Source: an uncultured Nitrososphaeraceae archaeon
GTDB lineage: Archaea > Thermoproteota > Nitrososphaeria > Nitrososphaerales > Nitrososphaeraceae
Assembly (NCBI GenBank): GCA_963825865.1
Contig: CAWGVG010000018.1
Coordinates: 11,132 to 75,131 of the forward strand
Reading direction: 5' to 3'
DNA length: 64,000 bases
Part shown: positions 22,466 to 33,526 of the stretch, piece by piece
Layout: each line of letters opens with the position of its first letter
Numbering within the stretch: the first letter of the stretch is position 1
Notes under the pieces: generated by a model
What the model was told of the DNA's origin: nothing
The model's database searches: none
Seen by the model: the letters and a program-made list of their open reading frames with translations, nothing else
Made by a program: the position numbers and the translations under genes

Positions 22466-23437
22466 ATGACAAATACAACACAAGAAAGATCGTTACAGCG
22501 AGTTAGCAAGCTCAAAATGGTACTTTCACTTAGCTGTTCTTATTTTGCTGGAGCGGTCATTACTGTCTTATTTACTGGCAGTCTAGCTTTGCTTTCAGAA
22601 GCAGGGCATGTGCTTGCTGATGTTGGAGGGGTTGCTTTGGCTCTCTTTGCTATCAATTATACTCGTAAGCCAGCGACCCCTCAAAGAACTTACGGTTTTT
22701 ACAGAATGGAAATACTAGCCTCATTTGTAAACAGCGTAGTATTGGTATTACTTTCTGCATATATCTTGTATGAAGGTTTTAGACGTATTTTTGAACCGCC
22801 AGAAATTCAAAGCTCTCTTATGATAATAGTGGCAGCAATCGGGTTAATAGTAAATTTTATCGGAATGCGACTGCTTAGTGGCGGAGACGCTGATCCAGGA
22901 CATTCTCTTGCACATAATGATGATGGGAATAATAGCAAAGATGGCGAGAGAAAAAAAGATGAAAGAGGTGAACAAGAACAACAGAATCTAAATCTGAAAG
23001 CTGTATATTTAGAAACTTTAAGCGATACAATAGGTGCTGCAGGCGTCATTACTGCTGGTATTATAATGCTGACTACAAAGTTCTATCTGGCTGACCCGAT
23101 CATAAGCATTGGTTTAGCATTGTTTATGCTTCCTAGAACATGGTCCATTATTAAAAAAGCAATTCATATACTTATGGAAGGATCTCCATCCGATATATTG
23201 CATGAGGAAGTAAAAAAAGCAATACTGCAAGTGAAAGGTGTAACAGGTATATTTGAACTCCATATATGGACCATAACATCAGGTATGAATGCATTATCGG
23301 CTCATGTAGTGATTATAGACCCAAGCAAATCACAGACAATTCTACAAGAGATAAATTCTACTCTTGAAAAGAAATTTAAAATAACACGTGCAACAATTCA
23401 AATAGAGACGTACCATTCAGAATCAGGTTTATTCTAG
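22466..23437 (+). CDS. czcD: Cation diffusion facilitator (CzcD-like Zn/Co/Cd efflux)
   Basis: SLALLSEAGHVLAD, TYGFYRMEILAS, LMEGSP, ELHIWTITSG. Confidence 0.9.
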   Translation: MTNTTQERSLQRVSKLKMVLSLSCSYFAGAVITVLFTGSLALLSEAGHVLADVGGVALALFAINYTRKPATPQRTYGFYRMEILASFVNSVVLVLLSAYILYEGFRRIFEPPEIQSSLMIIVAAIGLIVNFIGMRLLSGGDADPGHSLAHNDDGNNSKDGERKKDERGEQEQQNLNLKAVYLETLSDTIGAAGVITAGIIMLTTKFYLADPIISIGLALFMLPRTWSIIKKAIHILMEGSPSDILHEEVKKAILQVKGVTGIFELHIWTITSGMNALSAHVVIIDPSKSQTILQEINSTLEKKFKITRATIQIETYHSESGLF

Positions 23438-24485
23438 GGGGGAAGCAGAATAATTTTCATAAGTACATGTAAAAACACATATTCTATATTTTGATGTATG
23501 ATAATGTCTTGTCTTTATTAATGCAACTTCTATTTCAAAGGCCATTTTGTTTAATTCAAAGAGATCTTCAATGTTAAGTATTGCATTTGCAGTTTATTGC
23601 CTTTTATCATCGGCATCAAAGTGTATGGCTGAAAATCATATACGAAAAATTAGTAGATAGTCTTAAATAAAAATAAGAAACAAGACAAAAGACTAGTGTA
23701 ACTTGGTGAATGAATTTAATTTTGAATCTAGATATACAAAATTACTAAATATCCTAGCAGAAAACAGAAGGATCACGGAGGATCAATTGTCTCATTTTTT
23801 GAAGAGGCATTCAGGTAATATCACCTAAACGAGGCTTTGGATTGGAGTCTTTGGCAAAGATATTGTTGGAAATTGTGATAGGTGCATCCAAAGATTATAT
23901 CAGTAAAATGAAGATTCCCTACCAATCTACTAGGTACCTTGCTGAAATGCAAAAGCTGATGGCACAGGGTACATCTTATTACCTAAATGTTATGTTCTGA
24001 TAGTATGAGGATTTTAAAAATGCAGTTGATGCATAAGTGGATTAGAATCAGGTGCTGAAAACCTGTCGAACCTTGAAAATGCGCTTAAAGCTAAACCCGA
24101 ATTAATATAACTTTTGTAAATCAATGAATCAGCAACAAATTACTGTCGCAATTATATTTTAGGGGTATTGGTGTATTCATAGGTATATGACGAGATCTGA
24201 CTAGGTTAAGATAAATAAGCTCCTGCTTACATATCATCATAAAAATAAAATAATCTCTCTATCATCTTAACCATAGTGAAGCTGCATTACTTTCGTGCAA
24301 AAACCTCTTTCTAATTTCTTCTGATTCCATCCTACGGTTAATAAATTTCATTACAAATTGAATTCTGTATTCCTGTTATACCGCTTTCCTTTGAGCGTCG
24401 TTGTCTTCAATGATTTTTAATTCTAAGGGGTAGTAAATAAATTGATATTATATTCAGAGTTATCCATAAATAAACTGTAGTGTCA

Positions 24486-25397
24486 TTATTTTTTTTGGAC
24501 CAGTTTACTCTTGTGCTTATTAGTAGATGAATTTGTAACCATTAATGCGACTCCTACCAAAATTATGCTAGTAGCAACTAATGTTTGTAACGATATAGGC
24601 TCCTTAAATATTGCCCATCCAAAAAATACTGCTATTACTGGTACTATATATGCAAATGAGTTGGCTATAGGTGCAGACTCGACTCGAAGAAGCCAGAAGA
24701 ATTCAGCGTAACCAACAGCCGTACATAAGAATATCAAGTAAAAGTAAGCAGCAAGTGAAGTTGTTGAGATATGAGATAATTTAAAGTCTTTAAATTCTCC
24801 AACTGCAAAACTCGTAATGGTAAGCATTATCCCACCAGCAAGCATTATGGCCAGTATGCTAACAGGCATATGAGATCTAGTAGAATAAAGCGAGCCGGCA
24901 GCCCAAAATATTGAGCTAAGAATTAGAGACACTATGCCAATTAAATTTATATTGGTATTATTTGGATTTATAAGAATAACTAAACCGGCAAATCCTGCGG
25001 CTAGTCCAAAACCCATCCTTTTTGTTAAACGCACTTTGAATATGAGTGCTGCAATTATAGCTATCCATAATGGAATTGTAGAATTTAGTAATGCTGTCAC
25101 TCCAGAAGAAAGATATTGTGCGCCCCAAACTAACAATCCTTGTCCACCCAGGATTATCGCGGCAGCTAGTATTAGTGCATCTTTCCACTCTTGTTTACCT
25201 ACATGTTCACATTTAGTGTTCCCATTAGTGTGAAATACATATACTGCCAAAAGTATGGCTCCAGAAGCTGCAAATCTAATACCAAAAGCAAGTATAGGAG
25301 GAATTGCATCTATTACCACTTTAATCGCAAGAAAACTCGAGCCCCAAAGGACCGATAATGTAACGAGTACCAGTATTACCTTCAATTGTTTCGACAA
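24486..25397 (-). CDS. EamA/DMT-family transporter
   Basis: LWGSSFLAIK, two EamA repeats, AYIVPVIAVFFGW..FKEP. Confidence 0.9.
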   Translation of the reverse strand: MSKQLKVILVLVTLSVLWGSSFLAIKVVIDAIPPILAFGIRFAASGAILLAVYVFHTNGNTKCEHVGKQEWKDALILAAAIILGGQGLLVWGAQYLSSGVTALLNSTIPLWIAIIAALIFKVRLTKRMGFGLAAGFAGLVILINPNNTNINLIGIVSLILSSIFWAAGSLYSTRSHMPVSILAIMLAGGIMLTITSFAVGEFKDFKLSHISTTSLAAYFYLIFLCTAVGYAEFFWLLRVESAPIANSFAYIVPVIAVFFGWAIFKEPISLQTLVATSIILVGVALMVTNSSTNKHKSKLVQKK

Positions 25398-25794
25398 TAA
25401 AACAGAATTAACCGCTATAGATTATTATAAATCTCTTTCCAGACCTTAGTAGCAAAACAAGCTCTTAATCCATATGAGTATGCATCACAAATATGCAAAA
25501 TATAGAAGACTAGGGATGTGCTGGCAATAATTATTGTATAATGTGCTTTTAAAAAATAGAAGTAAAGTTTTATCATTTTCAGCTCTAAGATACAACATGT
25601 CCCAAAAAGCATTATTGAAGCACACGGTGAAAGAATATGAGCAGGCTCCTTCCCGCAGTAGTTATAGTCAGAACTACTCCATCTGGAAGCTTTTCAGAGC
25701 ATTTTTCAAGTCCTTAGATAGATGTAATATTCTAGTATATTGCTCCTTAGACATGCTCTGAGTTTTCAATAAAAAACCAAATTATATGTCAATA

Positions 25795-26070
25795 TTAATG
25801 CATAATCATCTGCTTTATCAACAAGACCTTTGTAATTGTATCTACAAATATGCCTTTGAAATTACTTGGTAAGCCAGCTATTGTCTCTGCTAAATCAGAA
25901 GTTAGGGTAGCACCAGTAAGTCCAATATGCGGGTGGGTATAATTTCCCTTTTCAATTAACGCAGGAACTATTCGTGTTATCGTGGTAGATGGAATTGCAA
26001 ATGCTATTTCAGAGAAGCCTATAGAAGAGCTAATTCCAGCTGTATTTATTCCAATAACCTCTCCTTGCAC
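25795..26070 (-). pseudogene. HtrA/trypsin-like protease C-terminal fragment
   Basis: QGEVIGINTA...IAFAIPS...LIEKG.YTHPHIG; catalytic triad missing. Confidence 0.7.
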
Positions 26071-26157
26071 AGTAGGTGGAACTTCAGTAGAGATTACTTG
26101 ATGGCATTATCATCGTCCTGCCAGAATACGAACGGAGGGTTCAACGAGTAGACGTAT

Positions 26158-26282
26158 TAACGCCACGGGAGTGTCATCAGTCCATTGACCAGGTTTGAAG
26201 TGAAATGGACCGCCTCCCACAATGTCTTTAATAGGAGTAAATGAACCTGGCCAGCTCGAATTCCAAAATGGTGCCTAGCACA
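26158..26282 (-). pseudogene. ADP-ribosylglycohydrolase (DraG/ARH) N-terminal fragment
   Basis: Manual translation LGTILEF|PGSFTPIKDIVGGGPFHFKPGQWTDDTPVAL carries the TDD Mg-binding motif. Confidence 0.7.
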
Positions 26283-26592
26283 CATAATACTGCTCCTGTA
26301 GTTCAACCATACTTAATGTCTTCTGAAGCTATTTAGTTATATCACATGCCAGCTAACAAAGAGTAATTTATCTTTAGCTACTATTGACCGTCTTAGTACA
26401 AAAATCATATGATCTATAAACCCTTGGGCCAAAAAATTGTGTCGTAACTTATGCGTTTTTGATGGCAAACTAACCTGCACTAATACATAAAGTTCAAAGG
26501 CTCCAACTTTCAACACTACATAGTAGTTTTTACAAATTGCCGCAATAAAACGTCTTCTGATTCTATTTATAGGATTTAATCAGTAACTAGAA

Positions 26593-26760
26593 TCATTTCT
26601 TCTTAAGGTCTTTAAGATACTGTCTCATAGATTCTACTATAAGAGCAGTTACTGTCGTTTTCATATCTATAGCCAAGTGTTTGAAATCATCAAGCAGATC
26701 GGTAGGAATTTTAATCGTAGTTTTAGTTTCATCATCTCCTACCATTTCATCCCTTTCCAT
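26593..26760 (-). CDS. Small ribbon-helix-helix DNA-binding protein (55 aa, not in ORF track)
   Basis: MERDEMVGDDETKTTIKIPTDLLDDFKHLAIDMKTTVTALIVESMRQYLKDLKKK shows the beta strand-helix-helix pattern. Confidence 0.75.
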   Translation of the reverse strand: MERDEMVGDDETKTTIKIPTDLLDDFKHLAIDMKTTVTALIVESMRQYLKDLKKK

Positions 26761-27193
26761 ACACGATATTTATATACACACAGTTATATGTATTTATACT
26801 TTAGCATATATATATCTTGTAGCATAAAGAAGATATTTATATACCCAGTTATATTTATTTCTGCTTAAACATATAACTTTCTTACCGTATAGAAGTATAC
26901 ACTTATATATTCTATGTCTAGCAGTATGGGTATGGACACCCGAACGTTCTCCGTAAACGTAGTAACTACGATAGCAATACCAGTCGAACGACGATGAAAA
27001 ATACAATGACAAAGCAAGCATTTGTATTCGAAGATCCAAGACATTGCAACACAGATGGATGGTCCTCGACCTGTTATAACGTAAGGTATAACGACGGTCA
27101 ACAAAGCTGAGGAGATGAATTAATCAATGAACAACAACAATAGCAAAACTGAGCTAAAACTTTGATTTAAAGAAAAGAACAGCATGTGAAAGA

Positions 27194-27673
27194 ATGGCAA
27201 AGTTTGCACACATTGTTGATTTTAGATTAGTTGAAATTAGTACTTTGCCACCCCTACCAGAGATTATTACATTTTATCGGAGTCTACCTGATAGCTATAA
27301 GAAGTTACAATTGATAATAAAGAAGGCATCGAAGGGGACGTTTTGGGATGAAGAATTACAGCAAGAATATGAAGAGAAGTATCTACCTCTTAAAGAATCT
27401 GCCATATCATCTGCAATGAAATCACTTTCAATACTTCATATACACGGTTTAATTGTTGCTATAACTGAATCTCCAAGAATATTATCTAAAAGCTTGTTAG
27501 GCGAGAGAATATTTCAAGAAAGCCCCGATGTTACACTTGTAGTATTATATTCTCCAGATGGTAAAGTGAGTATTAGAAGAAGAGATGGAACAGACATAAG
27601 ATGTGATTTGATTGCCTATAGGTTAAATGGTGGGGGTCGTGACACAGTAGGTATTATTTCTTTTAGTGCATAA
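27194..27673 (+). pseudogene. DHH-family phosphoesterase C-terminal (DHHA1) fragment
   Basis: DGKVSIRR...CDLIAYRLNGGG(R) where GGGH is expected; DHH N-terminal domain absent. Confidence 0.6.
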
Positions 27674-27700
27674 TCTATTACCTACATCTTTATTATACTG

Positions 27701-27808
27701 CATATGAAGAATATATTTACAGATGCCCTGTGTACTTTGTTAAAACACCCTAGAAAATGTCCTCATGCTCATAATATCCCTCTAGGTAAATGTTGTTTCA
27801 GAAAGTAA
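27701..27808 (+). pseudogene. DtxR/MntR metal-dependent repressor C-terminal fragment
   Basis: HMKNIFTDALCTLLKHPRKCPHAHNIPLGKCC matches the PxxCPHGxxIP dimerisation-domain end. Confidence 0.6.
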
Positions 27809-27935
27809 TATGATAATAATGTCTGGCAAAGAGTAGATCCTCTTTTCTCTCTTGTAAAAAGAGATTATGAGTCAGATAAAAAAAGGTCTGAAAGATATAT
27901 GGGATTGATTATCTACTTGTAGAAAGTATTATCTT

Positions 27936-28820
27936 TCATATATACACATTGTTCCATACCATCTTCGCTAACTTTGCTAAAGCAACAGAAATTGGTTGAT
28001 CTGTGCTATAAATGAACAAGGTATGATCTGCTGTCTTCTGGTCTGGCCAAAATCCACCTGGACAGTATTTACATATTGCATAATGGAAATTATATTCAGT
28101 TAGAATCTTAAATCCATTCTTTGGAAATTCAGTTCTATAATATCCAAGCCATCCGGAGTGAATGCCGCCATCATTATCTTTATTATTTGCTACCTGATTA
28201 GTTGGAGCATAAAATCCACCAACTACTAAATTCCCTGTAGACTTTTGGCTGGAACTTACAGTCATATTTCCTTTCATCCATGTGTATTTGGTATCCATTA
28301 CAGAATACTTTCCAGCAGGCAATACCTTTGGTGTAGAACTGTTAGTATAGTCCATTTTTCCAGTGGTATATACCATATTTCCAGAGCTATCCATGATGTT
28401 AATTGTATGAGGATGAGGAGTATCCCATGGCGCATCTGCGTCTAGGAATGTTATGGCTGTTCCTTGTGGAACTACAAGGTTAGTTGGAATATAAATAGGA
28501 TTATGGTCACTAACGTATTTGTGTCTCTCATTAGCGGAATTTTCGTGGGCTTCATTTACTACATACCAAATGAATGTTCTTACCGATGAGGGTAATATCA
28601 TGGACTGAGATTGATAAACGGATTCAGCAGTAGGAATATTATCTTGTGTTGTACTAGTATTAGATGCAGATGAAGATAAGGTTTGACCAGTATTTTGTGC
28701 AAATACAACAGAACCAAATACCGTTGGGCCATTTGCAATTGTAGATACCGTCATCAATATCAATAACAGCAGTAGTTTTACAAATGATGATGCACCACTT
28801 GTTATCTTTATATCTGTCAT
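27936..28820 (-). CDS. Exported His-rich protein with probable cupredoxin-like fold
   Basis: Signal peptide; YIPTNLVVPQGTAITFLDAD...PHPHTI resembles cupredoxin N-terminal strands. Confidence 0.6.
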   Translation of the reverse strand: MTDIKITSGASSFVKLLLLLILMTVSTIANGPTVFGSVVFAQNTGQTLSSSASNTSTTQDNIPTAESVYQSQSMILPSSVRTFIWYVVNEAHENSANERHKYVSDHNPIYIPTNLVVPQGTAITFLDADAPWDTPHPHTINIMDSSGNMVYTTGKMDYTNSSTPKVLPAGKYSVMDTKYTWMKGNMTVSSSQKSTGNLVVGGFYAPTNQVANNKDNDGGIHSGWLGYYRTEFPKNGFKILTEYNFHYAICKYCPGGFWPDQKTADHTLFIYSTDQPISVALAKLAKMVWNNVYI

Positions 28821-29204
28821 GTAATGATTCTTTTTTCTTTTCCTCTTTTATATTTCTTTGAACAAAAAATTTAATTCCAAGCTTAATAGCCATAAACTGT
28901 GACAAGATATCTGAGCAAAGTTTAGAGTAAGATTTCTTTACTGCTCCTGTTATCACTGTTGAGAATTATGTATTAGAATAAATACGACATCTTCGTAATT
29001 AGGTGGACCTAACAACAATGGTAGTAGCTTATCAGAAACAAATTTACTAGTAAAACTATATATTAACAATGGTATTGCAGTGCAATTTATACAATCGTTA
29101 TTTGTGCTACTATATCTGCAACAATGTTAAAGTAGAATTGCTGCCAATTGCTAACAATCTATTTGACTAGTAGCGCTTTAATATATCACATCCAGGCCTG
29201 TTAT

Positions 29205-29429
29205 TTATCGTAAAGCCTCTTCTTTCTTTTCGAATCCAAAATAGCACGAATGGCACATTTCCTTTCCATAAATTACTCCACTCTTACCACATTTGCTGCA
29301 TACCTTTTCATAGTCCACAGTTGAATCTAAGGATTTTGTCTTTTGGATACATTTGCCGCATATTGGCGCTTCGAGATTGAAGCTGGAAAGAAATCCCGAT
29401 CCGCACTGATTACATCTTAGGCTGTACAT
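29205..29429 (-). CDS. Small protein with four CxxC motifs (two zinc ribbons)
   Basis: CNQC, CGKC, CSKC, CHSC; likely ATG at 29429 within ORF 29205..29507. Confidence 0.6.
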   Translation of the reverse strand: MYSLRCNQCGSGFLSSFNLEAPICGKCIQKTKSLDSTVDYEKVCSKCGKSGVIYGKEMCHSCYFGFEKKEEALR

Positions 29430-29464
29430 TTTTCCTTTTGGTTTCCAGCGTCTAAATATACTAA

Positions 29465-29814
29465 TCAAAATCCCACCTTTTTCATCTTTGAAACGCATTT
29501 GGGACATACTGCTTCCTTATGTTCTGCTTCGCAGCTTATACAATAATACTTTAATGATGAACCGTTATTACTCTTGCTACTGCTAAACATCGAAGGCGTT
29601 GAGCCAAACATTCCTACTGCTCCACTCGTGCGACTCATTCCTTTCATCATAGATCTTCTAGTATAAATATTACGCAAAATGAACATTCCAATATTGTAAC
29701 TAGAGAGAACGCAATTTGTAACAATAAAGATATGATCAAGATTATACCAAAGGATATCCCAAACTGCACTATTTGAATAATAAAAAATTGCTTATTGTTA
29801 TTACTTGAATTCAA
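29465..29814 (-). pseudogene. Two-TM membrane protein with C-terminal zinc ribbon, frameshifted (~29690)
   Basis: Upstream frame LNSSNNNKQFFIIQIVQFGISFG joins ORF 29465..29686 ending LKYYCISC..HKEAVCPKC; paralog of 53742..54074. Confidence 0.65.
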
Positions 29815-29883
29815 CCTCTATTCACCATTATCTTTCGTTACGATACTACTTTGTTTGGTGCATAGGAGTATTAAGAACTTGAT

Positions 29884-29907
29884 TAACAATGTTAGCTAAC
29901 TTGGTTA
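29884..29907. promoter_or_regulatory. Tandem TAAC-N3-GTTA palindromes
   Basis: TAACAATGTTA (29884) and TAACTTGGTTA (29897) upstream of the TM-zinc-ribbon gene. Confidence 0.5.
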
Positions 29908-29991
29908 ACCGTATCTTAATTAAGATTCCTTTATTTATAATATGGATAAATTTGTCTTTATACCACTTGTCATCGGTTGATACCAAAAATT

Positions 29992-30756
29992 TTATTCAGT
30001 CTTCTTTTTCCCTCTTACTTCATGGTATTCAGTGAGATATTCAAATCCTTTTATCTCCTTGTTTATCCTTATTGTTGTCATCTCGAACAGATCTTGAATT
30101 CTAGTTTTTGTATAAGGCGATACAATAATCTGGTCATCATGAGCTTCCACTTCAAGCTTACTAGCTAAATTTACTGCCGATCCTATTGTTGTAAATTGGT
30201 CGCGTTCTCCTGTCAGAATTAATCCAACGATAACGGGGCCCGTATTTATGCCACATTTAAGATTAACGTTGATGTCTTGCTTTACTTTTATCTTCCATAT
30301 TTTAAGCCAATCACCTTTAATTTTCTGAAAAAGTTCTTTTAATTCTATAGCTGCATTCAGACCATCAATAGTTCCATCCCTTGATTCATTACTTTGATTT
30401 TTAAATCCAAAGTATGCCATAACACCATCACCAATAAATTTATCCAATATTCCGTTATTTTTGTGGACTATTTTATTTGCCTCAGAAAAATACTCTTTTA
30501 AGAATGCAACAACTAGTTGAGTATTCTCTTTTAGTATCTCGCATAGGACAGAAAAGCCTGAAATATCCCAGAATACAAGAGTCAAAATCTTATTCTGCAC
30601 ATTTACCAAGTTTGGATCGTTTATTTGCTCCAGCACTACTGGGTCTAATAGTTGTAACCATTCAGCAGTATTAGAGGTTTGATCTTTATGTTTTGGAGAG
30701 GATATTTTTGTTGCTGTAGTTTTCAAATGGATTTCTTTCGAATAATCAATATTCAT
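29992..30756 (-). CDS. Class III adenylate/guanylate cyclase catalytic domain protein
   Basis: VFWDISGFS, DKFIGDGVMAYF, CGINTGPVIVG, FTTIGSAVNLASKLE. Confidence 0.9.
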   Translation of the reverse strand: MNIDYSKEIHLKTTATKISSPKHKDQTSNTAEWLQLLDPVVLEQINDPNLVNVQNKILTLVFWDISGFSVLCEILKENTQLVVAFLKEYFSEANKIVHKNNGILDKFIGDGVMAYFGFKNQSNESRDGTIDGLNAAIELKELFQKIKGDWLKIWKIKVKQDINVNLKCGINTGPVIVGLILTGERDQFTTIGSAVNLASKLEVEAHDDQIIVSPYTKTRIQDLFEMTTIRINKEIKGFEYLTEYHEVRGKKKTE

Positions 30757-30780
30757 ACCGAACCACTCAAGTCATTTTCA

Positions 30781-31043
30781 TAGCACTACTATCATTGGCA
30801 GCGATTCTACTTTGGTATTATTGCAGACAGAACACTTGAGGATCGTTGTGCCGCTGCTGTCATATAACAAATAGTTGCACACCAAAAACAGGGTCCGCAT
30901 AATAGAAAATGTGATTGGTGACTTGGAGTATGTTTATTATTACTTTTATTAGTAGAACTTGTATCATTATCAACAATAATGTTGTCGCCTTTATAATATA
31001 GAAAAGAACAAGACTTCTTAATTGCTTTCTCCTCAATTGACAT
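30781..31043 (-). pseudogene. Small zinc-finger protein (CxxCFWC family), frameshifted and truncated
   Basis: HFLLCGPCFWCAT...|KCSVCNNTKVESLP; paralog of 13255..13609. Confidence 0.6.
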
Positions 31044-31080
31044 TAGCGCATTATTTAAGACATCACTAATAAACTTGAGT

Positions 31081-31091
31081 TAACAATGTTC
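31081..31091. promoter_or_regulatory. TAAC-N3-GTT(C) near-palindrome
   Basis: 38 nt upstream of the ATG at 31043; the surrounding ~55 bp aligns with 13604..13657. Confidence 0.5.
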
Positions 31092-32207
31092 AGCTGGTAG
31101 TAGCAGTATGAGGTAATCAAAATACTTTAACATTAGTGTTTCTTATTTATTTATGCAGTTGTAGATTATCAAACTCTATTTTGCATTTTTAAATGCATTT
31201 TTACACGTGAATAATAATCATATGCCCTCATCCCACCACCAAGTTTACCTTTAATATTTGCTAACTCTTCTATTGTTGTCAAGCGCTGAGCAATATAATC
31301 TAGGACACCGTCTTTGAATTATTCTTTCAGTGTAATTGATATTCCCTTTTACCAAAAGTTCCTGGCCATTTATCTCCTACAGTTTATCTTTTCATATCTC
31401 TTTGTTCATACCGATGATTATTTGGTTCTCCTCTTACCAATGTCATTATTATCATTAGTAGTTATTGGTTCTGAAGTTATTGTTGTTACAACAATAATAT
31501 ATTCATGTATCCATCCAAGTTCCATTTCCAACGGGAGACCATCAGAAATAGATAGTATAGAAGAAAAGTTTTTTGATTGAATGAATCATACTAGTACTAC
31601 TCATGTAGAATGCGCTACTAATACCCATATACAGATTCTCTCTAGGTTTCTGTTTGGAACATGTAATACTACATTCAAATATAAGAATGATTATTATTGC
31701 TGCAACAGCTATGATAACTTTTTAACGCATAATAATTGTTTTTGGGGAGGAGGAAGAAGGACTAGTAGTAGTAAGCAACAATCCCCCAAGATGATCGCGT
31801 AGATGTAGAAGCCTTAATCCCTTGTCAGTTATTCTATAAGTTCCTCTTCGGTTTCCTTTTTGATATGTTGTTATCATGCTAGGCAGCTATTAAAACCGAG
31901 ATATATTGCTTCATCTGTGGGTATGATAAAAATGACGTACATTATTTGTGATGCATTTAAACTTCTTCCATTGACGACTTCTAGGTCAAAAATGCCTTAA
32001 GGCTACTTCAAGGCCACAGAAATACCAAAATTGGAAATCCACCCTTAAATTAGAATGTTAGAAAATGCTTAGATATATTTTGAAGGATAAGACAGAATAT
32101 GTCACTTGTGTGGTGGCATTTACTCGGCTTATTTAGAGTAAAAATACCTGTCATTCCTTCTCTTTCTTTTCTCTATAGATCGGAGCTGTGCTATTATTTT
32201 ACGCTGT

Positions 32208-32642
32208 TCAACTTACGTTAACCTCTCCTATCATCGATGGATGTATTATACAATAGTATTTAAAACTCCCTGGTTTATCAAATGTATGATTGAATGACTG
32301 ACCCGTTGCAATATTTCCTGAATCGAATTTTGCTGTCTCTGATGTTACTGTGTGTCCTTGACGATGGCTATTGGTCCATGTCACTGTGTCACCAATTTTA
32401 ATAGCTATTGGATTAGGGCTAAACGATTTGGCATGTTTTATTCCTACTATTGTGACATGATTATCTCGTTCTTCGCTTGTTGTTGTTATTGTGGGTAGAT
32501 TACTATCAACATGCGTTAGAGCAGAATCAGTATTCTTGTAACTCATGGCAAATACATTAACTTCCATTTTCGGCACGATCGAGGTAATGCTTATAACAGC
32601 AAGCATTATTATAAGCATGGGCAAATTCCGATTCTTTAACAT
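32208..32642 (-). CDS. Plastocyanin/amicyanin-like blue copper protein
   Basis: Signal peptide; HTVTS and YYCIIHPSMIG type-1 Cu ligands. Confidence 0.9.
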   Translation of the reverse strand: MLKNRNLPMLIIMLAVISITSIVPKMEVNVFAMSYKNTDSALTHVDSNLPTITTTSEERDNHVTIVGIKHAKSFSPNPIAIKIGDTVTWTNSHRQGHTVTSETAKFDSGNIATGQSFNHTFDKPGSFKYYCIIHPSMIGEVNVS

Positions 32643-33034
32643 TTCAATACAGAACGACCAGACAGCTAGTAAATATATGCAGTGCCAATAAATAATATAT
32701 AGTAAATAGATGTAAGTTTGTATTTGATATTAGTAGTATTTAATTTTAACATTTCCATGTATATACTTGCGGTTTCTTTGTCTTATGTTGCTTCATAGGA
32801 TGATCATGATGATAACGAAGGACCACAAAACCCACAATGAGAAAGTCTTTATCTAATCCAAGATAACACTCAAAACTAGATTATCAACAATATTCGGCCG
32901 GTTTCTAGCCACAAATCGGTTTGGATATCCTGTGTGCTAAGAATTAATTTTCTCTTTGTTCGTATGCGATCGACTTGAAGGAAAGAAAAAATCACAGATG
33001 CTGTTCATGTTAATTGAAGACCCATGTTGTCTGA

Positions 33035-33415
33035 CAACTACTTTTTCACTTAACGTAAAGCTCCCTTTTATACCATCTAAATGTCTTAACTCTTCAACAC
33101 CAATAATAGACATCAACTCTTTGCAAAAAGAAATATTTTCAGACGTGATTTCAGTCAGATATCTAACCTTGATTCCTCTCGCTTTAGCATCAATAAAGGC
33201 TTTCCTTATTTTTGGTATTTCAATAGCTAAGTGACGTCCCGTATAATTCATACAAGTATCAATTTTTTCTTTAGAGTTAGAGAAGAAGTGTAATTCTGCC
33301 TTTATTACAGTATCAATACCATACAACACATCAATCCTTTCATTGTTGTTATTATTCTTATTATGATTGTTATTCGCGCTGCCACTGATGATGACTAATA
33401 TTATTTTTGACTCAT
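33035..33415 (-). pseudogene. N-terminal sensor-domain fragment of a Nitrososphaera-type histidine kinase (TrmB-like/PLD-like fold)
   Basis: KIDTCMNYT, RGIKVRYLTEITSENISFCKEL, ELRHLDGIKG; truncated afterwards. Confidence 0.6.
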
Positions 33416-33526
33416 AATATCTTCATCAACAAATAGGATGCCTTTGGTTTAGGGTTTTGATAGAATGGCATAATATAATATTTCCTTAGCTAGCAGGATA
33501 CATTGCTTCTAAGAACGCAAGCTACA

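Noticed and set aside
29465-30756. Pycsar anti-phage system (cyclase + TM effector)
   Set aside because: The cyclase retains the adenine-type Lys, the TM gene has no cNMP-binding domain, and its paralog at 53742 occurs without a cyclase
31200-31802. ORFs 31314..31580 and 31581..31802 and a stop-riddled minus-strand remnant
   Set aside because: No recognisable family; composition suggests decayed or non-coding DNA
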